Of a DNA stretch of 23,261 bases, positions 16,937 to 23,261 are shown one piece after another. Numbering within the stretch: the stretch's first letter is position 1; every line of letters starts with the position of its first letter. The stretch covers positions 1 to 23,261 of the forward strand of contig DAOWGI010000020.1 of the NCBI GenBank assembly GCA_030637655.1. The letters are read 5' to 3'. A program made the translations under genes and the position numbers. This DNA comes from a candidate division FCPU426 bacterium (GTDB lineage: Bacteria > Oederibacteriota > JAAXVQ01 > JAUVAV01). The notes below the pieces were generated by a model. It saw only the letters and a list, made by a program, of their open reading frames with translations. It searched no databases and had not been told where the DNA came from.

Positions 16937-19507
16937 GTGCCCCTGCTTAAGGCGTTTTTCGCTTTTGTAATTATAGCCGTGATGATGTGCCAATCAGTAG
17001 GGGCCCAACGTGATCCGAGAGTACCTATGGGACGATTGGGCGCGCGGAATTCCGGTTTGGGAGGAGCAGCGGTTGCTCTTACCGGGTCTCTCGAAGCATT
17101 GGCCTATAATCCTGCTACCTTAGTGTATCTTGGCTGGCCGGAAGTGATTGCCGGTATTGGCAATCAAGATCTGGGCGATCAACGACAAATTTATGGCATT
17201 GGTGCTCTACCACTTGTCAGTCAATTGATATTTGGTATGGGCATGGTGCGTCTTCAGTATCCTCGCAGTGAGATCAGTGATTTTGACACCTATTTTTTTT
17301 CGATAGGATTTCCACTCACGCCCAATGGACAACTCATGGCTGGTGTTAATGCTAAATTCATACGCCGGGAATTGCCGGGAGTTTCCGGGATTGCTTCGGG
17401 AGGGGGAGCGGATCTGGGTTTGCTCTATGATGTGTTTGCCACCCCGGAAGGGATGGGCTTGCAAATCGGCATGTCTTTTTTGGACGCGCAAACTGTCTTA
17501 AAGAGTGAGGATCGCGAAATTTTTATGCCCGGGGTGTTTGTTTTCGGGGCGACCTTTCATTTCAACAAAGAACAATTAGTAACGCTGCAATTCGAAAGTC
17601 AAAACTCTCAAATAAAACAGTACGAATCATTTCAAGCCTTGCGGGCGGGATTTGAGCAAACTTTTGTTTTGGGCGAAAAGCTGTCTCTTAGCCCGCGTTT
17701 GGGTTATGCCTTGCGTTTTGATCAAACCGGCGCTTTGTCCTTGGGTCTGGGCACGGTGTATGGTGATTGGAAAGCAGGGTATGCCTTCCAGCTGCCGGCG
17801 GAATTTAGCGATGCTTTTCATCAGTTGAGTATTTCCTGGGGATATCAGCGCGCAAAAAAACCGAAAGTACGTGTTCGCGATACGAGCGCGGAAACGGATT
17901 ACCGTACTACCGCGGAAGAAAAAGAAAAAGACAAAAATATATTCGCGGCTTTGGAAAGCGCGGTAGATTTGGAAGAAGATTTTACCATAATTGAAGAAGA
18001 AAAACCAAGCGCCGCGCCGATTCTTGAAAGCTGGGAAGAGGAAGAGGAGGAGGAGGAGTACACCTACAGTCTGCCGGTGCCGGAGGGACCGGCTGGACAG
18101 GAACAAGCGTCCTTCGGTGTATCTCCGGAAATGCCGGCTTTCTTCTCAAATAAATTCTCCGGATATCGTGGCGCGGATAGTTTCTCTTTTGTACGCCAAG
18201 ACATTCGTTTGCATGTGGTGGTGAATCCGTTTTCTCCAAATAGCGATGGACACCGGGATCGGACAATTTTTGTTGGACGCCTGGTAGCGGAAAAATTACG
18301 GGTCGCACGCTGGATTCTGACCATAAGCCGGGCAGGAGAAGTGGTACGCTATTTTCGCGGCGGGTCACGCTTACCCAGGAATTTGGAGTGGGATGGAAAA
18401 GACAGTAAAGGCAAAATATTGCCGGATGGAGACTACCTGTCTGTGCTCCAAGTCTTGGATGAGCACAGTATGGAACTGGCTTCAGCTTCGCAAAAAGTAA
18501 TTATTCAGACACGCGCAAAGTCCATCAATTTTACCGGTCCGGGCACACGCGTGTGGGGCGGGAAGTCCAAAGAAAAACCGTTCAGTTTCACCTTTCCTAA
18601 AATCCCGGGAAGCAGTGCCTGGGAATTTACTATCCTGAACCCAGCCGGCAAACGAGTATATCAGAAGAACGGCAGTAGTCGCTTGCCTACTCAAATAGCC
18701 TGGCAACCGCGGCGAGGCCTAAGGCTCTCAGCCGGTGTGTATACAGCACGTCTGAACTTTCGGGACGGAGCAGGCTTGAAGTCCAAAGCCCGGATCACAT
18801 TTAGTATTCAATTTGCGCAATTCGGCTTGTCGCTTCAGGCTCTGCCGGAATTATTTAAACCCCAAACCAACGATGGTAAAGGAGTGGATTTTCAAGCCCA
18901 GGTCAGTGGTGAACTGAAAGTGCGAAGCTGGAAGCTGGCCGTAGTTAATGAGAAAAATCAAGTGGTCAAAACATTCGCCGGGAAAGGGAAACCGCCGAGC
19001 TTGGTGACCTGGGATGGTACAGTGCCAGGCGGCAAAGCAGCCCCGGCCGGGAGTGTATATCAAGCTGTGTTAACTGTCCTGACCAGTGTGGGAACCAAAA
19101 AATCCGTCAAATCACCAAAACTGCAATGTGAGGTAGGAGCATATACCGGGAAAAAAGCTCTTTCCATCAATCTGGTGCGTGTGAAATTCCAACCCCAGGC
19201 AGCGGATTTAAATGCCAAGTCCAAAGAAGCATTGCTTTCCGCGGCCAAAACACTGACCATGTACAAAACAGATTATCATTTGGAAATAAATGGTCACTGT
19301 GATAACCAAGAGGCCAAAACCAAGGCGGTGAAATTGTCCAGACAACGAGCACAGAAAGTAGCAGCCTTCTTGGACGCCGAAGCCAATGTGCCGAAAGATC
19401 GAATGCAAGTGGTTGGCCGGGGGAGCAGCCATCCCTTGGCAAAAGGAAACTCGGAAAGTGATAGGACCAAAAATCGTCGCGTGGAAATTGTTTTATACGC
19501 TAAATAA
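16937..19507 (+). CDS. Outer-membrane protein: PorV/FadL-like beta-barrel + acidic linker + FlgD-Ig-like repeats + OmpA peptidoglycan-binding domain
   Basis: Signal peptide; GARNSGLGGA...ALAYNPATL barrel N-terminus; poly-Glu linker; FSPNSDG and WDGKD...LPDGDY / WDGT repeats; OmpA motifs INGHCD, LSRQRAQKV, GRGSSHP, NRRVEI. AGGAGG RBS. Confidence 0.88.
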   Translation: MPLLKAFFAFVIIAVMMCQSVGAQRDPRVPMGRLGARNSGLGGAAVALTGSLEALAYNPATLVYLGWPEVIAGIGNQDLGDQRQIYGIGALPLVSQLIFGMGMVRLQYPRSEISDFDTYFFSIGFPLTPNGQLMAGVNAKFIRRELPGVSGIASGGGADLGLLYDVFATPEGMGLQIGMSFLDAQTVLKSEDREIFMPGVFVFGATFHFNKEQLVTLQFESQNSQIKQYESFQALRAGFEQTFVLGEKLSLSPRLGYALRFDQTGALSLGLGTVYGDWKAGYAFQLPAEFSDAFHQLSISWGYQRAKKPKVRVRDTSAETDYRTTAEEKEKDKNIFAALESAVDLEEDFTIIEEEKPSAAPILESWEEEEEEEEYTYSLPVPEGPAGQEQASFGVSPEMPAFFSNKFSGYRGADSFSFVRQDIRLHVVVNPFSPNSDGHRDRTIFVGRLVAEKLRVARWILTISRAGEVVRYFRGGSRLPRNLEWDGKDSKGKILPDGDYLSVLQVLDEHSMELASASQKVIIQTRAKSINFTGPGTRVWGGKSKEKPFSFTFPKIPGSSAWEFTILNPAGKRVYQKNGSSRLPTQIAWQPRRGLRLSAGVYTARLNFRDGAGLKSKARITFSIQFAQFGLSLQALPELFKPQTNDGKGVDFQAQVSGELKVRSWKLAVVNEKNQVVKTFAGKGKPPSLVTWDGTVPGGKAAPAGSVYQAVLTVLTSVGTKKSVKSPKLQCEVGAYTGKKALSINLVRVKFQPQAADLNAKSKEALLSAAKTLTMYKTDYHLEINGHCDNQEAKTKAVKLSRQRAQKVAAFLDAEANVPKDRMQVVGRGSSHPLAKGNSESDRTKNRRVEIVLYAK

Positions 19508-19579
19508 TCACACTATTCATTCTTGATTTTTATCAGCTTTATTTCACACAAACATTGACTACGAAGGAGAAATGCGATA

Positions 19580-20476
19580 GTGAATAAAATAATTAGGATT
19601 GCAGCGCTGGGTGTTGTGGGATTGGTTGCGGGTTGTGCTTCGATTCCTATACAAGTGCAGCCTCCGGACATTCACGTTTATCTCTCGCAAAGCCAAATTG
19701 AACCGGGACATGCCTTGCGCTTGATCGTACAGAGTGAACCTGAATTGGCAATGCGGGTGTGTGCTTGGGGACAACAGGTTGTCATGCAGGCAACGGAGAA
19801 TTCAGGTGGGTATCAAGCGTATTTGGCTGTGCCTTTGGAAACCCAGGCAGATGTCTATACTGTCTCCGTTACTGCCCGCCGGGAACATGAAATTTTGAGA
19901 ACGCAATCGTTGCCAGTTACTGTCTTGGAACGTTCACCTTTTAAAACTGTCCGTCTCTGGATAAAATATTTTGGGAAATATGATTTTGAAACCGAGTCAG
20001 TCGTCATGACCGCCTATCGGCAACAGGTTGAATCAAGACCGGATATGAAAAAGCTCATTGTTTTCCGCTGGCCGCTGCAAGGGCGTATTTCTGAGATTTT
20101 TGGTGTGAAGCGAATATATAATAAAGGATTAAAAATGTGGTATCACGGTGGATTGGATATTGCGGCACCCGGTGGTACTGAGATCAAAGCGCCGGCGTCC
20201 GGGATAGTGATACTCACACGTGAATTTGCCGGGCACGGCAATACCACCTTGATCCATCACGGTTTTGGTGTGGTCTCGACCTATTTGCATCAGAGTAAAA
20301 TACTGGTGAAAGAGGGTCAAGTAGTATCAATGGGTGATGTGATCGGGGAAGTGGGGACCACAGGCTCATCCACTGGAAATCATCTCCACTTTCAAATCAA
20401 TATACATAACATTAAAGTGGATCCCATGGATTTTCTGGATGAGACTGCTGAAATATTTGAAGCACACAAAAAATGA
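19580..20476 (+). CDS. M23 family metallopeptidase, lipoprotein
   Basis: Lipobox LVAGC; WPLQGRIS..FG, YHGGLDIAAP (HxxxD), YLHQS, STGNHLHF (HxH). Confidence 0.93.
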   Translation: MNKIIRIAALGVVGLVAGCASIPIQVQPPDIHVYLSQSQIEPGHALRLIVQSEPELAMRVCAWGQQVVMQATENSGGYQAYLAVPLETQADVYTVSVTARREHEILRTQSLPVTVLERSPFKTVRLWIKYFGKYDFETESVVMTAYRQQVESRPDMKKLIVFRWPLQGRISEIFGVKRIYNKGLKMWYHGGLDIAAPGGTEIKAPASGIVILTREFAGHGNTTLIHHGFGVVSTYLHQSKILVKEGQVVSMGDVIGEVGTTGSSTGNHLHFQINIHNIKVDPMDFLDETAEIFEAHKK

Positions 20477-20519
20477 CACAATAAGTTCGAATATAATTGC
20501 AAAAAAACTGAAATACCAT

Positions 20520-20547
20520 TTGCGTTTTAATAAATATTTGATACAAT
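20520..20547 (+). promoter_or_regulatory. Putative sigma70 promoter
   Basis: TTGCGT, 16 nt spacer, TACAAT with TGn extension upstream of the lipoprotein gene. Confidence 0.4.
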
Positions 20548-20578
20548 TTTACAAATACTATTTGAAGGGGGGGTGGGG

Positions 20579-21616
20579 ATGAGACAAATTAATTCGAAGT
20601 TTATGGTTATTATGTGTATATTTATTATTGCATCATTTACTATATCAGGTTGCGGAAAAAATGTGGCAGGACCAACTGCTCCGGGAACTTTAACCAAAGC
20701 GACAACAGCTCAGGCAGTTGAGGTTGATGCTGCTGAAGTTGTTCCGGAATTGGCGGATACATCCGGCAGGGAGGCGAATTGCCATGGTAAAAAGAAAACC
20801 TGGTCCCGCTATATGTATCGTTATTATCTGTTCAAATTCAATCCCTGGGTAATCCGTAAAATAACCAATCAAATTGTAAAGAAATGGTTTGATGATCCGG
20901 ACCTAACTAAAAGATTCAAATCAATTGTTAATTCCAGAATGTTCTATATTGTAACCTTCCGTTGTGGTGTAGGACCGATGCTATTTTTAAAAAGCTTGAA
21001 AATCCTAGCCAAGACCTGGATGCCCGGCTTGGGCACCAATCCTCGTAATTGTAGCCCGGAAATCACTCTGCTGCCATATCGCTTCAGTATGTGGAAAGGA
21101 TTCTATGGTGAGCGTATTCCGGGCTGGGATAATAGTGATGGGTACCATGTTAGAGGTACAACTCCGGAAGGTGCGCTGATCTTTCTGGAAACCAAATCAT
21201 ATACCAACAATATCTTCATGAATGAATCACCGATTTTTGATATTTTATGGAGGTACGCTTATTTCCCGATGGATAGGTCTAATGGTGATGTTCCGCAAGC
21301 CTTGCGCCTGCGTTTTATCAATGCCTATTGGGATAAGAAAATGATCGTGGATGATGCCAAAGTGGAGGAAAACTTCGCGAGTATTTATGTGGATGAGATG
21401 TGGGCTTCCACAGAAAATAAAAGCGCGGTCTGCAAAATTGCCTCGCGTAATACCGACCTTTTAAACATTGATCTGCAATTTAATGAATTCGGAGCAGGCG
21501 GGGGAACGGTGGATATAAAAAATTGGCGGGGTAAAATTAATCATTATGAATTTGTGGTAAAAGCCAATGGGCATGGTTATTACACGAAAAATGGCGGGCG
21601 AAAACGTAAATTTTAA
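20579..21616 (+). CDS. Hypothetical lipoprotein
   Basis: Long ORF; hydrophobic N-terminus with lipobox ISGC; no family recognised. ATG 20579 preferred to GTG 20573. Confidence 0.8.
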   Translation: MRQINSKFMVIMCIFIIASFTISGCGKNVAGPTAPGTLTKATTAQAVEVDAAEVVPELADTSGREANCHGKKKTWSRYMYRYYLFKFNPWVIRKITNQIVKKWFDDPDLTKRFKSIVNSRMFYIVTFRCGVGPMLFLKSLKILAKTWMPGLGTNPRNCSPEITLLPYRFSMWKGFYGERIPGWDNSDGYHVRGTTPEGALIFLETKSYTNNIFMNESPIFDILWRYAYFPMDRSNGDVPQALRLRFINAYWDKKMIVDDAKVEENFASIYVDEMWASTENKSAVCKIASRNTDLLNIDLQFNEFGAGGGTVDIKNWRGKINHYEFVVKANGHGYYTKNGGRKRKF

Positions 21617-21642
21617 TTTGATTGTTTCGCGATAATTTTTCA

Positions 21643-21690
21643 GGGGCCCAGGATGAATTTTGAAATTTGTTCTGGGCCTTATTTTTATTT
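21643..21690 (+). terminator. Intrinsic terminator-like hairpin
   Basis: GGCCCAGGATGAATTT-TG-AAATTTGTTCTGGGCC stem (with G-U pairs) followed by TTATTTTTATTT, about 30 nt after the stop codon. Confidence 0.7.
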
Positions 21691-21720
21691 AAAATCCTAA
21701 AAGGTTGGGATCAAAAAACC

Positions 21721-23261
21721 ATGCGGGATCAAGCCCGGCAAATCAGACATTCCTTCCACTTTTTATGGCTGGTGTGCTTTTCCCTAGCCGCAAGCCTCTT
21801 CGGGATCTGCTTGCCTTTTTCCGCAGCCGCGGATCCAAATACTCCTCTGACCTATTTAACGGACAATAATGGAAAAGCCATTGCTTTGGATACGCATCGT
21901 GATCGTCTCTATATAGGTCTGAATACTGGAGCTAACAATGTCCGTTATCTGGTATTGGATACCTTAGGTGATACCACGACCACCTGGGGCCAGTTTCCTT
22001 TGGGCGGGAATACCCAGGCTTTGAGTCTGGATGCAGAACGGAATCGCTTGTACGTAGCCAATAATAATTCCGGAGACTCTGCAAATGATGTCTATTATTG
22101 CACACTTAATGATGATGGCGATATTACCGGCGGAACCGGATTCAACGCTTCGAATTACGGAGCCCTGGCTTTGGCGCTGGACGCTGAACGTGATCGCTTG
22201 TATGTGGCTGTGGCTGACACTACTTGGGGACTGATTGTATGTACTTTAAATTCAAGCGGTGATATCAGTTCAAGAGAGCCTGTGAATACCAATCAACAGG
22301 CCAATGTTTTAGCTCTGGATGCTAAAAGAAACAAATTATATTTGGGTTACAACAGCGGTAAGGTAGGAACCATTAACTTGAACGGGGCGGGCGATTATTC
22401 CAGTTTGGGCAGCGTCGTCCAAATACCCGAAACCACGAATATCACTTCTTTGGCCTTGGACAGCACGCGGAATCGTTTGTATGCGGGATCCGCGGGAGAT
22501 AATAATATTTATACCTTTGATTTGAATAACTCTGGTGAGATACAGGACTCGCCGGATATCTACCCTATGGGCACATGGATACACTGCCTGACTTTGGATG
22601 CGACACGGGGCCGGCTGTATGTCGGTGCCCAGTCCGCCGGCTCCAATGATTTGCGCTGGGTAGATTTGGATGCCAACGGCTATCCTGAGAGTGACGCGAA
22701 CACTTCCGGTGTCAGTCTATCAGCGATTGCCCTGGATGCGAAACGACAGCGTTTGTATACCGCATCTTTGACGAACAACCAGTATTATCAATTGACTGAC
22801 GAACCCATGACCGCGCTTTGGATCAATGATGGTTCTGACACTACCTCGGATCCTAAGGTTGAACTGCATTGGAGTCTTCCTAACGCGCATTTTGTCAAAG
22901 TATCCCGTTATGCTTCAAATTTGGATAGTTATAATTTTCCGAATACCTATACTGCCAATGCGGTTTTTGATTATTGGATATCCGCAGGAGATGAACGCTG
23001 GTGCAATGATGCCGGGGTTCGCGCAAATACCTTGACCGTGAAAGCTGTTTTGTCAGGAAGCGCAGGAGTAAAAAACGTGGCGATTTGGTTTTGGGAAGAT
23101 GCCGGAGCCGGAAATGGCGGGGGAGTGATGCATTATGAAGAAGCGTCGATTAACCTACTGGGCTTAGGTGACACCCCGACCAATACACCGACATTTACGT
23201 TGACGCCGACCAATACACCGTCAATCTCACCCAGTCCGACCTCGACAAATACCCCCACTTA
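21721..23261 (+). CDS. Secreted protein with 7-bladed beta-propeller, Ig-like domain and Pro/Thr linker (3' end outside window)
   Basis: Manually translated open frame from ATG 21721 to the window end with no stop (hence absent from the ORF track). Signal peptide ending FSAAA|D, seven [AST]LDxxRx[RK]LY repeats, INDGSDTTSDPKVEL Ig-like start, and TPTNTPTFTLTPTNTPSISPSPTSTNTPT. Confidence 0.9.
   Translation, partial: MRDQARQIRHSFHFLWLVCFSLAASLFGICLPFSAAADPNTPLTYLTDNNGKAIALDTHRDRLYIGLNTGANNVRYLVLDTLGDTTTTWGQFPLGGNTQALSLDAERNRLYVANNNSGDSANDVYYCTLNDDGDITGGTGFNASNYGALALALDAERDRLYVAVADTTWGLIVCTLNSSGDISSREPVNTNQQANVLALDAKRNKLYLGYNSGKVGTINLNGAGDYSSLGSVVQIPETTNITSLALDSTRNRLYAGSAGDNNIYTFDLNNSGEIQDSPDIYPMGTWIHCLTLDATRGRLYVGAQSAGSNDLRWVDLDANGYPESDANTSGVSLSAIALDAKRQRLYTASLTNNQYYQLTDEPMTALWINDGSDTTSDPKVELHWSLPNAHFVKVSRYASNLDSYNFPNTYTANAVFDYWISAGDERWCNDAGVRANTLTVKAVLSGSAGVKNVAIWFWEDAGAGNGGGVMHYEEASINLLGLGDTPTNTPTFTLTPTNTPSISPSPTSTNTPT

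Noticed and set aside
18030-18060. GAG/GAA repeat (poly-Glu) as a contingency locus
   Set aside because: Mixed codons in an in-frame acidic linker; ordinary low complexity.
124-23035. Numerous short minus-strand and alternate-frame ORFs in the track (e.g. 3161-3652, 14322-14966, 17627-18106, 22336-22584, 22826-23035)
   Set aside because: They overlap well-supported + strand genes and show no motifs; they are shadow ORFs.
23170-23261. ACCAATACACCG direct repeats
   Set aside because: Explained by Pro/Thr linker coding, not a DNA-level repeat element.

Overview
Bacterial chromosomal window with all recognisable genes on the + strand. It opens with the 3' end of an IS3-family element (right end at 177) inserted into a gene for a secreted protein (propeller-type repeat, Pro/Thr linker, T9SS-like C-terminal sorting domain). 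That gene is coupled to an AT-rich GT-C glycosyltransferase-TPR gene split by an A8 frameshift. Next comes a housekeeping operon (yggS-proC-yggT-yggU-purine nucleoside phosphorylase-mtnA-like). Its MtnA homologue has lost the catalytic Cys and the canonical phosphate-binding residues. After it lies a hidden PaaI-thioesterase remnant interrupted by a nested miniature inverted-repeat element with a 9-bp direct repeat. The centrepiece is a 2750-aa mosaic membrane protein. It has an N-terminal HIQDLHCN...GGFH domain of the type seen in giant proteins of Omnitrophota/Elusimicrobiota-like lineages, a class-3-FBPase-like metallophosphoesterase, an M50-like HExxH intramembrane module, and a C-terminal ...AA. 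It is followed by REP palindromes, an unlisted 30-aa bS22-like small protein gene, a PorV-like barrel/FlgD-Ig/OmpA protein, an M23 lipoprotein, an unknown lipoprotein, and a secreted 7-bladed beta-propeller protein with a Pro/Thr linker that runs off the window. All family calls come from motif recognition by eye; no searches were run.
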